Positions 23,444 through 32,996 of a DNA stretch of 64,000 nt are shown here, one piece after another. Under the pieces are notes generated by a model. The model saw only the letters and a program-made list of their open reading frames with translations. It ran no database searches and had not been told where the DNA came from. Every line of letters starts with the position of its first letter. The first letter of the stretch is position 1. The position numbers were made by a program, and so were the translations under genes. This stretch comes from Myxococcota bacterium (GTDB taxonomy: Bacteria > Myxococcota_A > Polyangia > Fen-1088): NCBI GenBank assembly GCA_025934105.1, contig JAICYS010000002.1, forward strand, positions 2,239-66,238, written 5' to 3'.

Positions 23444-26400
23444 TCAACCCCCGGCTTCGAGGCGGGCGATGCTGGCCGCCGTCCGGGCTTCCAGAACCCG
23501 CGCGCCGTCGGAGCGCGCGATGCGCAGCGCCCGCCGAAGCGCCTTGGCCGCGCCGGCGCGGTCGCCGCTGCGGGCCAAGAGCTCGCCCTCGAGCCGCAAG
23601 AGCTCAGGGACCTGGTGACGGCCCAGGTTGTCGCGCGTGATGGCCAGCGCCTCGCGCACGGTCAGCAACCCGGACGGCAAGTCGCCGTTCTGCAACTGAA
23701 TCTCGCCCAAATACGACAGGTAATAGGGCAGGATCACCGAGGCGCCGATCGCCCGCAAGATGTCCAGCCCCTGATTGAGCATGGCCACCGCGCGGCGGTC
23801 GCCGGCGAAGGCATTGGCCCACCCGGAGATGCACAATCCGACTGCGAGCCAGAAAGGAAAGCCGTGCTCCGTGCAGCTGGCGATGACGCCTGAGGCCCGC
23901 TGGGCAGCCAAAGCGGGCTGCCCGAGATCGTGCGCGAAGGCTGCGCCATAGGCGGCCGCCATCGCGCGCACGTAAGGCCGGTCGATCCTTTCGGCCAGAC
24001 CGGTCGCCTCCGCCCAGGTCTCCTCGCAGGCCGCGCCGCGATCGCGGTAGGCGTCGCTCCAGGCCTCCAGGAGGTGCGGGTACAGGATCCCCTCGTACGC
24101 GTAGTCGCGGACCAGCCGATCGTATTGCTCGCGCGGGCGCTCGAGATCGCAGTGCGCGCGGCCGGCGCGCGCGTCGTCCGCCGCGCGCCCGAAATCGCCG
24201 TAACAGAACGCGCGGTTCGAGAGGCAGGCGTGCGCGATCAAAAGGCTGTCGCGATCTCCGGAGGTCCCGGTCATGCGGGTGAAGACGGCTCCCAGTCGCG
24301 CGGTGCCTTCGACGTTTCCGCGCACCAGGTCGACCGCCCACAGCCCAAACAGCACCCGCATCGGCACGTCTCCGTAGCGCTCGCACAGCGCGCCGGCGCG
24401 CGCGTACGTCTGCTCGACCTCCTGGGACGAAAAGCCGCGCGTCGAGATCAGCGCCAGGCCCAACCCACTCAGGAGATCGATCTCTCGGCGATCGCGCGCC
24501 TCCGACTCGGGCAGGGTGGCCAGCAATTCGAGCGCCCGGGTGAACGAGCTGATGGCTTCGGCGAACGCCGACCGCGCGACGGCGCGCTGTCCGGCCACCG
24601 CCCATTGCGTGACGGCTTCCAGAAACAGGCCCGCTGCCGTGTAGTGCTGGGCCAAGGTTTCGGGCTGGCTGGCTGCCAGGTCGGGAAACCGCTCGTTCAG
24701 CGTCTCGACGATCCGCAGATGAACCTGCTGCCGCGTGGTACGCAACAAAAGGTCGTAGGCAGCATCTCGAACCAGAGCGTGTTTGAAGATGTACGTCTCC
24801 TGTCCGCCGCTCACGCGCCGGAACAGCAGCTCGGCGGCGATCAGTTGATTCAACCGCCGGCGCAAATCCGGCTCCGGCATTCCGGCCACCGCCAACAGAA
24901 GCTCGAACGGGAAGGCCCGGCCCAGCGCCGCCGCCATCTGGGCCACGGCCTTGCTCGATCCCATGCGGTCGAGGCGCGAGGTCAACGAGTCTTGAACGGT
25001 CGCCGGGATGGCGATGGGACGCAACTGGAGGCCCGCGTCGGTGAGGGCGGCAGGTTCGGCCTCCAGCACGGCCCGCGTGATCTCCTCGCCGAAGAGCGGG
25101 ATGCCGTCCGCCTTGTCCAGGATCTCGTTCACGACGCCGGGGTCGAGCCCGGCCGGCGCCAGGTGGTCGATGATGCTGCGCATCTCGGCCGGCCCCAGCC
25201 TTTCGATGAGGAGCTGGCGGACACCGTCGTGCATCCGCGGAAGCGTGAACTCCGGCCGATGCGTCATGGCGATCATGGCCTGATGGCCGGGCACCCGTTC
25301 GGCCATCAATTTCATCAGCTCGAGGGTGGACGGGTCGGCCCATTGGACATCCTCGACCACGAACAGCACCGGCCGCTCGCGGGCGGTCGCCAGCAACCAG
25401 GTCACCAGCATCTCGAAGGTAGCTTGCCGCTGTTTCTGAGAGGTGGTGAGGGGATTGCCCGCGGGCTCGACGTCCAGCGAGAAGAGTGATTTCAGCAGCG
25501 GACGCACTTTGTCGAACGACATGCCCGCACGCTGCACCTCGGACTCGAGCCGGCGGAGTTTTTCGTCGGCGGACATGTCGCTCGAAAAGTTCAGGCGCCG
25601 CTCGAGCATGGCGACGATCGGGTGCAAAGACGTGCGCTGCAGGTGCTGCGAACAGAAACAGGTGATGGTGACGGCCCGGTCGGCCTCCAATTGATCGCGC
25701 AGGTTGCGAAGCTGGCGCGACTTCCCGATGCCCGGTTCTCCGCGAATGGCGACCACCGTTCCCCGCCCGGCCTCGGCCTCCTTCCAGAGCTCGCTCAGGA
25801 AGGCCGACTCCCGGTCGCGCCCCACCAGCGGCGCACCGGACCGGCTGGCCGAGCGTTCGGCCAGCACGTGGTCGTGCCCGCGCTGCTGATCGTCGGCGCG
25901 GTAGAGGTGGATCGGCGAGGACAGCCCTTTGAGATTTTGGGCGCCCAGGTCCTGAAACCGAAAGCTCGTGCCGGCCAGCTGGCGCGTGGCCTCGCTGACC
26001 ACGACCTCGTTCGGAGCGGCGGCCGACATGACCCGCGCCGCCAGGTTCGGGGTTTCGCCGACGGCGCGATATTCGTTTCGGGCCGGGTCTCCGACGTAGC
26101 CCATGACGACCGGACCGGTGTGAACGCCGATGCGAACCTGAAGGGGAGCCCGGAGCAGCCAATCCACTGAAGGCGTCTTCAGCGCCTTCACGATCTCCAG
26201 CCCGGCGAGGATCGCCATCTCCGGCATCCACTCATGGCCGAAGGGATACCCGAAGTAGGCCAAGAGTCCGTCGCCGAGGTATTGCGCAACGTGTCCGTCG
26301 TGCTTGCGAATGACCTCGGAACAGACGGTCTGGTAGTCACGCAGGAGCTCGCGGAAGTCTTCTGGGTCGAGCCGCTCGGACAGCGCGGTCGCGCCCACCA

Positions 26401-26644
26401 CGTCACAGAAGAGGACGGTGAGCCGCCGGCGCTCGCCGCGCGTGGGTGGCGTCGTCTCGTCGCGCAGCGAATGCCCGCAGTGGCTGCAGAAGCGCGCCTC
26501 GACGCTGTTCCCGGAACCGCACCGCGCGCAGACTGCCTTCAGCTCAGTGTCGCACGCGATGCACGACAGTGCGTCGTCATCGTTCTCTGTCGTACAACTC
26601 TTGCAATGCAGAGTGACCGCCTCCCCGTACCGCCAGCGAGGCAT
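23444..26644 (-). CDS. Zinc-ribbon + class III adenylate/guanylate cyclase + AAA/STAND ATPase + TPR regulator (1066 aa)
   Basis: ORF 23444..26644. There are N-terminal CxxC pairs (CKSC...CIAC...CARC...CSHC). The cyclase domain has LFCDVVGAT, YLGDGLLAYFG, RIGVHTGPVVMG and GETPNLAARV. A Walker A motif (GEPGIGKS) follows, and the long C-terminal half is helical and TPR-like. Confidence 0.85.
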   Translation of the reverse strand: MPRWRYGEAVTLHCKSCTTENDDDALSCIACDTELKAVCARCGSGNSVEARFCSHCGHSLRDETTPPTRGERRRLTVLFCDVVGATALSERLDPEDFRELLRDYQTVCSEVIRKHDGHVAQYLGDGLLAYFGYPFGHEWMPEMAILAGLEIVKALKTPSVDWLLRAPLQVRIGVHTGPVVMGYVGDPARNEYRAVGETPNLAARVMSAAAPNEVVVSEATRQLAGTSFRFQDLGAQNLKGLSSPIHLYRADDQQRGHDHVLAERSASRSGAPLVGRDRESAFLSELWKEAEAGRGTVVAIRGEPGIGKSRQLRNLRDQLEADRAVTITCFCSQHLQRTSLHPIVAMLERRLNFSSDMSADEKLRRLESEVQRAGMSFDKVRPLLKSLFSLDVEPAGNPLTTSQKQRQATFEMLVTWLLATARERPVLFVVEDVQWADPSTLELMKLMAERVPGHQAMIAMTHRPEFTLPRMHDGVRQLLIERLGPAEMRSIIDHLAPAGLDPGVVNEILDKADGIPLFGEEITRAVLEAEPAALTDAGLQLRPIAIPATVQDSLTSRLDRMGSSKAVAQMAAALGRAFPFELLLAVAGMPEPDLRRRLNQLIAAELLFRRVSGGQETYIFKHALVRDAAYDLLLRTTRQQVHLRIVETLNERFPDLAASQPETLAQHYTAAGLFLEAVTQWAVAGQRAVARSAFAEAISSFTRALELLATLPESEARDRREIDLLSGLGLALISTRGFSSQEVEQTYARAGALCERYGDVPMRVLFGLWAVDLVRGNVEGTARLGAVFTRMTGTSGDRDSLLIAHACLSNRAFCYGDFGRAADDARAGRAHCDLERPREQYDRLVRDYAYEGILYPHLLEAWSDAYRDRGAACEETWAEATGLAERIDRPYVRAMAAAYGAAFAHDLGQPALAAQRASGVIASCTEHGFPFWLAVGLCISGWANAFAGDRRAVAMLNQGLDILRAIGASVILPYYLSYLGEIQLQNGDLPSGLLTVREALAITRDNLGRHQVPELLRLEGELLARSGDRAGAAKALRRALRIARSDGARVLEARTAASIARLEAGG

Positions 26645-26717
26645 CGTAGAGCAATCGGCGCGACGGCGCCAGCCGCCCGCGAGGTTGCATAAGTGTCGCC
26701 CAGCGGTCTGGCCGCGC

Positions 26718-28442
26718 TCAGCGCGGCGTCTTCTGGGCCAGGACGAAGCGGGCCAGGTTTTCGATCTGCGGCGACGTGAGCTTGTCGGCGAAGCGCGGCA
26801 TCTTGTTGCGGTCGCCGAACAGGCGGGGCTGGCCGGCGTCGGCGATCACCGCCTCCACCCAGGCCAGCCTGCCGCGCCCCTTCAGGTTCGGGCCGGCGTT
26901 CTCGCCTTCGCCGTCGAACTCGTGGCAGCTGTCGCAGTCCTTGGCCGACAGCAGGGCCCGTCCAGCCGCGGCGCGCGCGGTGACCGCGTCCGGGGCGCCA
27001 GTCTCGGCGTAGATCATCTCGGTCAGCGCGTCCAGCTCGTCGGGGGTGCCGAGGACCGGCTTCATGCCGCGCTCGATCTTGGCCGGCCCCATGTACAACG
27101 GGCCGTCCGGCTCGGTCAGGAAGCCGCGGATCCAGGCGCGGCTGTCGTACCCCTTGAGGTCCGGCGCCTTGTCGCCCCCGGAGCCGGTCAAGCCGTGGCA
27201 GCCGCCGCAGCGCTGCTCCCACAGCTCGCGCGCCTGGTTGAGCGGGTCGTTGCGGAAGACGGCCACCCCGCCTTCGGGCGGAACGCCTTTCAGGGCCAGC
27301 CGCCGCGCCTCCCGGGCCCGCGCCTCTTCCGCCGCGCGCGCCCTGGCAAAGCCGGGATCCCGCGCGTCGCGGGCGATGGCGAGGGCCGACAGGGCCGCCA
27401 GCGACGCCAGGCCGAAGGTGGCCGCGCCCAGCACGCGCCGCCGGTCGGCGGGCCGCCGCGAGGGCCCGCGGTCGAGGAAGGGCAGGGCGGCCAGCAACCC
27501 GGCCGCGATGCCCGGGATGATCAACGTGGCCACCATCTCCAGGCGCGCTGGGAACAACAGGCGCAGCTCAAACAGCGGCAGCGCGTACCAATCGGGGCGT
27601 GCCAGGTAGCTCGAGGCGGGATCGGCGGGTGCTTCCAGCGCCGGCCCGTGCCGTACCAGGGCCGCCAGCGCGACGACGGCCAGCGCCAGCCCGCCGGCCG
27701 CCACGTCGCGCGAGGTCTGCTCCGGCCAGGTGGGCACGGCCCGCTCGGCCAACTCGCCCGCGGCCAGCCACCAGCGCGGCGTCGGCCCATGCTGGCGGAA
27801 CAGGAACAGGTGCAGCGCCAGCAGCGCCACGAAGCCCGCCGGCAGGGCCAGCGCATGCACCGCGAACGCGTGGGTGACCGTGAGATTGCCCAGCGCTTCC
27901 CCGCCCTGGATCACCTGCTGAGCGGCGCGGCCCACCAGCGGCACGCCCCCGACGATGGTCGCCTCGACCTGCTTGGCCCAGAACCCCTTCTGGTCGTAGG
28001 GCAGCAGATATCCGGACAGCGCGAACAGCAGCGTCAACCCGAACAGCGCCAGGCCCACGATCCAGTTCGCCTCGCGCGGGCGCTGGTAGGCGCCGAACAG
28101 AAGCACCTGCAGCAGGTGAAGGCCCGCGACCACGATCAGCGCCGACGAGCCGAAGCTGTGCAGGCCGCGCACGAACCACCCGAAGGGGAGCTGGTCGTGA
28201 ATGTACGCGACCGACGCCCAGGCCGTTTGCGCCGAGGGCGCGTAGAACAGCGACAGAAACAGCCCGGTGGCCGCCTCCAGGGCGAAGAGGCCGGCGGCCG
28301 CCGCCCCCAGCGCGTGCCAGAAGCTGGCGCCGCCCGGCATCTGGCCGCCCAGGATCGCCGCCCGCAGCCGCGACAGCCCCAAACGTTCGTCCAACCAATG
28401 CGCGCGCCCGCGCGCCCCTTTGGCCGGCGGCGTTCCGGTCAT
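26718..28442 (-). CDS. Cytochrome b (bc-complex type) fused to a C-terminal dihaem cytochrome c domain
   Basis: Tracked ORF 26718..28601, with the start moved to ATG 28442 (ATGA overlap with the Rieske gene stop). The haem-ligand spacings are LHSFGSSALIVVAGLH (H-x13-H) and HALALPAGFVALLALH (H-x14-H). YLLPYDQKGFWA is present, and two CxxCH motifs (CGGCH, CDSCH) lie in the C-terminal third. Confidence 0.85.
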   Translation of the reverse strand: MTGTPPAKGARGRAHWLDERLGLSRLRAAILGGQMPGGASFWHALGAAAAGLFALEAATGLFLSLFYAPSAQTAWASVAYIHDQLPFGWFVRGLHSFGSSALIVVAGLHLLQVLLFGAYQRPREANWIVGLALFGLTLLFALSGYLLPYDQKGFWAKQVEATIVGGVPLVGRAAQQVIQGGEALGNLTVTHAFAVHALALPAGFVALLALHLFLFRQHGPTPRWWLAAGELAERAVPTWPEQTSRDVAAGGLALAVVALAALVRHGPALEAPADPASSYLARPDWYALPLFELRLLFPARLEMVATLIIPGIAAGLLAALPFLDRGPSRRPADRRRVLGAATFGLASLAALSALAIARDARDPGFARARAAEEARAREARRLALKGVPPEGGVAVFRNDPLNQARELWEQRCGGCHGLTGSGGDKAPDLKGYDSRAWIRGFLTEPDGPLYMGPAKIERGMKPVLGTPDELDALTEMIYAETGAPDAVTARAAAGRALLSAKDCDSCHEFDGEGENAGPNLKGRGRLAWVEAVIADAGQPRLFGDRNKMPRFADKLTSPQIENLARFVLAQKTPR

Positions 28443-28975
28443 CCGATCGGCTCTTTCGCCGCCGTGCCGGTCCGGAAACGTTGCGGGCGCACCAGCAGGT
28501 CGTCGCCGTCCGTGGTGACCTCCAGCTCGTCGAGCCCGCGCGGCGCGGGGCCCGACAGGCAGCGCCCCGCCAGATCGAAGGACGAGCCGTGGCAGGGGCA
28601 TTCGAACCGCCGCGTCCCTTCGTCATAGTCGACGCCGCAGCCGAGGTGCGGGCAGACCGTCGAGAAGGCACGAACCGGCGCCGACGGCCCCGGCCGGACC
28701 AGCCAGCAGGACCCCAGTGTGACGCGATCCAGCCGCAGCCAGGCGTCCTGGAGCTGGCCCACCACCGTCACGCGCACCGGCTTGCCGGGGGGCACGTCTG
28801 CCCGGCTGGCCACGCGCACCGGCCGGCCCGGGCCCTTGATTGTCGCCTTGCGCAGAGGCGCCAGCAGCAGCCCCAGCCCGGGAACCACCGCCACCGCGCC
28901 CGCCAGCGCGCCGAGCGCGGCGGTCACGCGCGCCACAAAGGTGCGGCGCGTGTCGTCGAACGCCTTGCCTCGCAT
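28439..28975 (-). CDS. Rieske [2Fe-2S] protein of the bc-type complex
   Basis: Tracked ORF 28439..29245, with the start moved to ATG 28975 (MRGKAFDDTRRTF, twin-arginine-like, then a TM segment). The cluster ligands are CPHLGC and CPCHGS. Confidence 0.85.
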   Translation of the reverse strand: MRGKAFDDTRRTFVARVTAALGALAGAVAVVPGLGLLLAPLRKATIKGPGRPVRVASRADVPPGKPVRVTVVGQLQDAWLRLDRVTLGSCWLVRPGPSAPVRAFSTVCPHLGCGVDYDEGTRRFECPCHGSSFDLAGRCLSGPAPRGLDELEVTTDGDDLLVRPQRFRTGTAAKEPIG

Positions 28976-29056
28976 CGGAGAGGAGGCCAGTTTGCCCGGC
29001 CGTCGCAGAGGGGCAAGGCGGGATAACCGCCGCGGCGCCGTGCTAATTATCGAACG

Positions 29057-29308
29057 ATGGCCGCCAATCCGTACGTCGAGCAACGAGACTTCACGCTGCG
29101 AATCGAGCTTCGCCGCGCCTTTCCCGAAAGTTACGACGGCGACGCCGACGGCTACGCCTGGGTCGAGGATCTCCAGCCGGCGATGGCGGAGATCGTGCGC
29201 GCCGCGGCCGCCATCCTGGCCCAACGGGGCGGCTTCCGCGTGCACCCCGCCAACCGCGGCCGCCCCGCCGACGAGGAGGTCACGCTGGTGGCCGAGCGGA
29301 CCGGCTAG
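29057..29308 (+). CDS. Hypothetical small protein
   Basis: ORF 29057..29308 (83 aa). The composition is balanced (MAANPYVEQRDFTLRIELRRAFPESYDGDADGYAWVEDLQPAMAEIVR). No family was recognised. Confidence 0.45.
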   Translation: MAANPYVEQRDFTLRIELRRAFPESYDGDADGYAWVEDLQPAMAEIVRAAAAILAQRGGFRVHPANRGRPADEEVTLVAERTG

Positions 29309-29393
29309 GCCAGGCCGCGTCCGGGCGGCACGCCGTCGGGCATCGTTCGCTGCCGCTCACCGTTGCCTTATGGCAACGCCCTCGTGGCCGGCA

Positions 29394-29429
29394 AAAAAAA
29401 ACGGCCGACGCCGGAGAGGCGACGGCCGT
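29394..29429 (-). terminator. Rho-independent terminator downstream of cspA
   Basis: On the minus strand the sequence is ACGGCCGTCGCC-tctcc-GGCGTCGGCCGT, a 12-bp stem with one mismatch, followed by a run of 8 T. It lies 27 nt after the cspA stop. Confidence 0.8.
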
Positions 29430-29455
29430 TCGTGGGCTCGAGACCGAGCGAAAAT

Positions 29456-29659
29456 TTATGCTTGCTTGCGAACGTTCGCGGCTTGCAGTCCCTTGGGACC
29501 TTCCGTGATGTCGAACTCGACCTCCTGGCCTTCGCTCAACGAACGGAAACCCTCCGACATGATCGCCGTGTGGTGGACGAATACGTCCGGTCCATCCTCA
29601 CGCGCAATGAAACCGTACCCCTTGGCGTCGTTGAACCATTTCACCTTACCGGTTGCCAT
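29456..29659 (-). CDS. cspA: Cold-shock protein (CspA family)
   Basis: ORF 29456..29659 (67 aa). [18 protein letters not shown]...DVFVHHTAI carries the RNP1/RNP2 motifs. AGGAGGG lies upstream. Confidence 0.95.
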   Translation of the reverse strand: MATGKVKWFNDAKGYGFIAREDGPDVFVHHTAIMSEGFRSLSEGQEVEFDITEGPKGLQAANVRKQA

Positions 29660-29725
29660 TTACTGCCCTCCTACGAACGTTGACGATGTCTCTTCCCCCG
29701 GCTCGGCCGTGGAAATTGGGGGACG

Positions 29726-29753
29726 AGAGTACGGGGGTTACAAATAGTGTCAA
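29726..29753 (-). promoter_or_regulatory. Putative sigma-70-type promoter of cspA
   Basis: On the minus strand, TTGACA (29753..29748) is followed by a 16-nt spacer and TACTCT (29731..29726). This leaves a ~60 nt leader before the AGGAGGG RBS. It overlaps the 3' end of thiE. Confidence 0.45.
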
Positions 29754-30433
29754 GTCCGATGCGGCCCGGTGACGCCCCGTCTGACGGGCGTTTCCGCGAG
29801 GGCCCGCCCGAGGAGCCAGGCGGCGCGTTCGGGGTCTTCGGCGCTCATCACCGGTCGGATGCAAGCCATCCCGCGGGCGCCCGCCCGGGTGATCGCCGGA
29901 GCGTCCTCGACGGTGAGCCCCCCGATCGCCACCAGCGGCACCCTGCGCCGGGCCGCGGCGGCCAGCGCATCCAGCCCCACCGGCGGCCCGTAGGCGCGCT
30001 TGGACGGCGTGTCGTGGACGGGGCCGAACACCGCGAAGTCGACCGCCCCGTCCAGTCCGTCCAGCTCGGCCGGCGCGTGCGTCGAGACGGCCAGGCGCAG
30101 GCCGGGCGCGGCCCCGCGCGCGTCCTCGGGCGACAGCGAGCGGCCGCCCAGATGGACGCCGTCGGCGCCCACGGCCAGCGCCACGTCGATCCGGTCGTTG
30201 ACGATCAGCGCGGCCCCGGCCGCACCGGTGATCTCACGCAGCTCCCCGGCCAGGTCGCGCAGGGCCCGGCCGCCCAGGTCCTTCTCGCGAAGCTGCACGG
30301 CGATCTCGGCGGCGAGGAGCCCGCCGCGCACCGCGCCCGCCAGCGCCGCCCGCACCACCGCCACCAGCGGGCGCCCGCCGGTCGCCCGGCGATCGGTGAC
30401 GATGTAGAGGCGCGGGACGAAAGCGCGATCCAA
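29750..30433 (-). CDS. thiE: Thiamine-phosphate synthase
   Basis: ORF 29750..30433 (227 aa). LYIVTDRR, VQLREKD, LIVNDRIDVALAVGADGVHLG and VAIGGL match ThiE. Confidence 0.85.
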   Translation of the reverse strand: MDRAFVPRLYIVTDRRATGGRPLVAVVRAALAGAVRGGLLAAEIAVQLREKDLGGRALRDLAGELREITGAAGAALIVNDRIDVALAVGADGVHLGGRSLSPEDARGAAPGLRLAVSTHAPAELDGLDGAVDFAVFGPVHDTPSKRAYGPPVGLDALAAAARRRVPLVAIGGLTVEDAPAITRAGARGMACIRPVMSAEDPERAAWLLGRALAETPVRRGVTGPHRT

Positions 30434-30441
30434 TCAGGCCG

Positions 30442-31437
30442 TCATTCGATGAGGCCTTCCACCGGCGACGACGCGGTGGCGTAGAGCTTGCGCGGGATGC
30501 GGCCGGCCCGAAACGCCTTGCGTCCGGCGATGACCGCGTCCCGCATGGCTTCGGCCATGAGCAGCGGGTCGCGCGCGCCGGCGATGGCGGTGTTCATGAG
30601 GACGCCCGCGCAGCCCAGCTCCATCGCGACCGCGGCGTCGGAGGCGGTGCCCACGCCGGCGTCGACCAGTACCGGCACCTTCGCCTGCTCGAGGATGATC
30701 CGCAGGTTGTACGGGTTGCGGATCCCCAGGCCCGAGCCGATGGGCGCCGCCAGCGGCATCACCGCCGCGCACCCGACGTCCTCCAGCTTGCGCGCCAGGA
30801 TCGGGTCGTCCATGCAGTAGGGGAGCACTGTGAACCCGTCCTTGACCAGCACCCGCGCCGCCTCCAGGGTGGCCGCCCCGTCGGGGAACAGCGTGCGCTG
30901 GTCGCCGATCACCTCCAGCTTGACCAGGTCGGCGAGGCCCAGCTCGCGCGCCAGGCGGCAGGTCCGGATCGCGTCCTCGGCCGTGTAGCAGCCGGCCGTG
31001 TTGGGTAGGATGGTCTGTCGGCTGCGGTCGATGGTGTCGAGGACGTTGGGCTTGCCGGGCGTGAGGTCGACCCGCCGCAGCGCCACGGTGACGATCTCGG
31101 CGCCGGAGCGGCGGATGGCCTCGCGCCCCTCTTCCAGCGTGCGGTACTTGCCGGTCCCGACCAGCAGGCGCGACTGGAAGGTCCGGCCGCCGATGACCAG
31201 CGGGTCGTCGCCGGCAGGGGCGCCCGCGGAGCCGCCGCCGATGAACGCGACCACCTCGATCTTGTCGCCGTCCGCCAGGTGGGCTTCGGACCAGGTGCGG
31301 CGCGGCACCACGTCCTGGTTGCGTTCGACCGCCACCCGGGCCGGATCGACCCCCATGGCGTCCAGAAGCCCCGCCACCGTGGTGCCCGGCGTGGCGGTGC
31401 GCGTCTCCCCGTTGACCATCAGGCGCAGCTCGTTCAT
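30442..31437 (-). CDS. thiG: ThiS-ThiG fusion (sulfur-carrier protein fused to thiazole synthase)
   Basis: ORF 30442..31437 (331 aa). The N-terminal ~66 aa are ThiS-like (LMVNGETR...[13 protein letters not shown]). A short linker leads into ThiG ([19 protein letters not shown]...VTVALRRV...VLPYC...[14 protein letters not shown]). Confidence 0.85.
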   Translation of the reverse strand: MNELRLMVNGETRTATPGTTVAGLLDAMGVDPARVAVERNQDVVPRRTWSEAHLADGDKIEVVAFIGGGSAGAPAGDDPLVIGGRTFQSRLLVGTGKYRTLEEGREAIRRSGAEIVTVALRRVDLTPGKPNVLDTIDRSRQTILPNTAGCYTAEDAIRTCRLARELGLADLVKLEVIGDQRTLFPDGAATLEAARVLVKDGFTVLPYCMDDPILARKLEDVGCAAVMPLAAPIGSGLGIRNPYNLRIILEQAKVPVLVDAGVGTASDAAVAMELGCAGVLMNTAIAGARDPLLMAEAMRDAVIAGRKAFRAGRIPRKLYATASSPVEGLIE

Positions 31438-31469
31438 CTGTGGTAGCGAAGCATAACCCGAAGCCGCCC

Positions 31470-31931
31470 ATGCGTTGCCCCTTCTGCGGAAACATCGAGG
31501 ACAAGGTCGTCGACACCCGTCCGTCCGACGGCGATCAGGTGATCCGCCGCCGCCGTGAATGCATCGGCTGCGGGCGGCGGTTCACGACCTACGAGCGCGT
31601 GGACGAGGTGCTGCCGCTGGTCATCAAGAAGGACGGCCGGCGGGAGCCGTTCGATCGGGCCAAGGTCCTGGCCGGCTTCAAGAAGGCCTGCTCGAAGCGG
31701 CCCGTCCCCGTCGAGGTGATGGAGCAGGCCGCCGACAGGATCGAACGCTCGCTGGAAGCCGGCGACAAGGAGATCCCGTCGTCGCGCATCGGCGACGCGG
31801 TGATGGACGCGCTGCGCGAGATCGACGAGGTGGCGTACGTCCGGTTCGCGTCGGTCTATCGCTCGTTCCGCGACGTCAACGAGCTGATGGACACGTTGAA
31901 GACGTTGGTGGACCACCGGGGCCGGAAGTGA
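31470..31931 (+). CDS. nrdR: Transcriptional repressor NrdR
   Basis: Tracked ORF 31440..31931, with the start moved to ATG 31470 ([17 protein letters not shown]...[17 protein letters not shown], zinc ribbon plus ATP-cone). Confidence 0.9.
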   Translation: MRCPFCGNIEDKVVDTRPSDGDQVIRRRRECIGCGRRFTTYERVDEVLPLVIKKDGRREPFDRAKVLAGFKKACSKRPVPVEVMEQAADRIERSLEAGDKEIPSSRIGDAVMDALREIDEVAYVRFASVYRSFRDVNELMDTLKTLVDHRGRK

Positions 31932-32971
31932 CGCCGTTTTCGGCGGCCGATCAGCGCTTCATGCGCCGCGCGCTGGAGCTGGCCGAGCGGGGGCGGGGGA
32001 CCACCCGCCCCAACCCGACCGTCGGGGCGGTCATCGTGCGGAACGGCCGCGTCGCCGGCCAGGGGTTTCATGAACGGGCGGGCGGCCCGCACGCGGAGGT
32101 GGCGGCGCTGGCCGATTTGCGCGGCGATGCGCGCGGTACGACCCTCTACGTGACCCTCGAGCCCTGCTGCCACACCGGCCGCACCGGGCCGTGCACCGAG
32201 GCGATCTTGCAGGCGCGCCCCGCCCGCGTGGTGGTGGGGTGCTCCGATCCCAATCCGGCCGTCGACGGCCGCGGCATCCGGAGGCTGCGGCGCGCCGGAA
32301 TCCAGGTCGACGTGGGCTGTCTGGAAGACGACGCGCGCGCCGCCATCCGGGCCTACGCCGTCTGGATCGCGCAGAGCCGCCCGCTGGTGACGCTGAAGGC
32401 CGCCGCCACGCTGGACGGCTACATCGCCGACGGCCATCCGCGCTCGCGCCGTGCGCCCGCGTTCCTGACCGGGCGGGAGGCGCGCCGGGTCGCCCACGAG
32501 CTGCGCGCCGCCCCCCACGCGGTCCTGGTCGGCGCCGGCACCGCGCGGGCCGACGACCCGCGGCTGACGGTCCGGCTGCCCGGACGCGACCCGCGGACCG
32601 GGCCTTTGCGCGTGCTGCTGGCCGGCCGCGGCCGCCTGCCCGCCCGGTTGAAGATGTTGCGCGGCGCGCCCCCGTCGCTGGTCCTGCGCGGCCGCCGGCA
32701 GGACCTGCGGCGCGCGCTGGAGGCGCTGGCCCGCGAGCACGAGGTTCAATCCCTGCTGGTCGAAGGGGGGGCCACGGTCCACGGCGCGTTCATCGCCGCG
32801 GGCCTGGTCGATCGCGTCGCCCTGTTCCTGGCGCCCCGGCTCATCGGCGGCGGCGTCCCGGTGGCGCGGGGCGCCGACCTGCCGCTGGCCCAGGCGCTGC
32901 GCCTGGGGCCGTTGTCGACGCGTACCGTCGGCCCGGACCTGCTGATCACCGCGGATGTGGTCGCGGTGTAG
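31928..32971 (+). CDS. ribD: Bifunctional riboflavin biosynthesis deaminase/reductase RibD
   Basis: This is the tail of tracked ORF 31559..32971, with the start at GTG 31928 (GTGA overlap with the nrdR stop). It has the deaminase HAEVAAL...[14 protein letters not shown] followed by the reductase part [12 protein letters not shown]. Confidence 0.9.
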   Translation: MTPFSAADQRFMRRALELAERGRGTTRPNPTVGAVIVRNGRVAGQGFHERAGGPHAEVAALADLRGDARGTTLYVTLEPCCHTGRTGPCTEAILQARPARVVVGCSDPNPAVDGRGIRRLRRAGIQVDVGCLEDDARAAIRAYAVWIAQSRPLVTLKAAATLDGYIADGHPRSRRAPAFLTGREARRVAHELRAAPHAVLVGAGTARADDPRLTVRLPGRDPRTGPLRVLLAGRGRLPARLKMLRGAPPSLVLRGRRQDLRRALEALAREHEVQSLLVEGGATVHGAFIAAGLVDRVALFLAPRLIGGGVPVARGADLPLAQALRLGPLSTRTVGPDLLITADVVAV

Positions 32972-32996
32972 GTGCTATGCTGGCCCAGCGTCCCAG

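Noticed and set aside
31438-31469. I looked for TPP (thi) and FMN (rib) riboswitches, and for any riboswitch ahead of the rib genes.
   Set aside because: The thiSG/nrdR intergenic region is only 32 nt. ribD, ribBA and ribH start by overlapping the preceding stops. No conserved TPP (CUGAGA) or RFN core motifs were seen by eye. A covariance-model scan would be needed for certainty.
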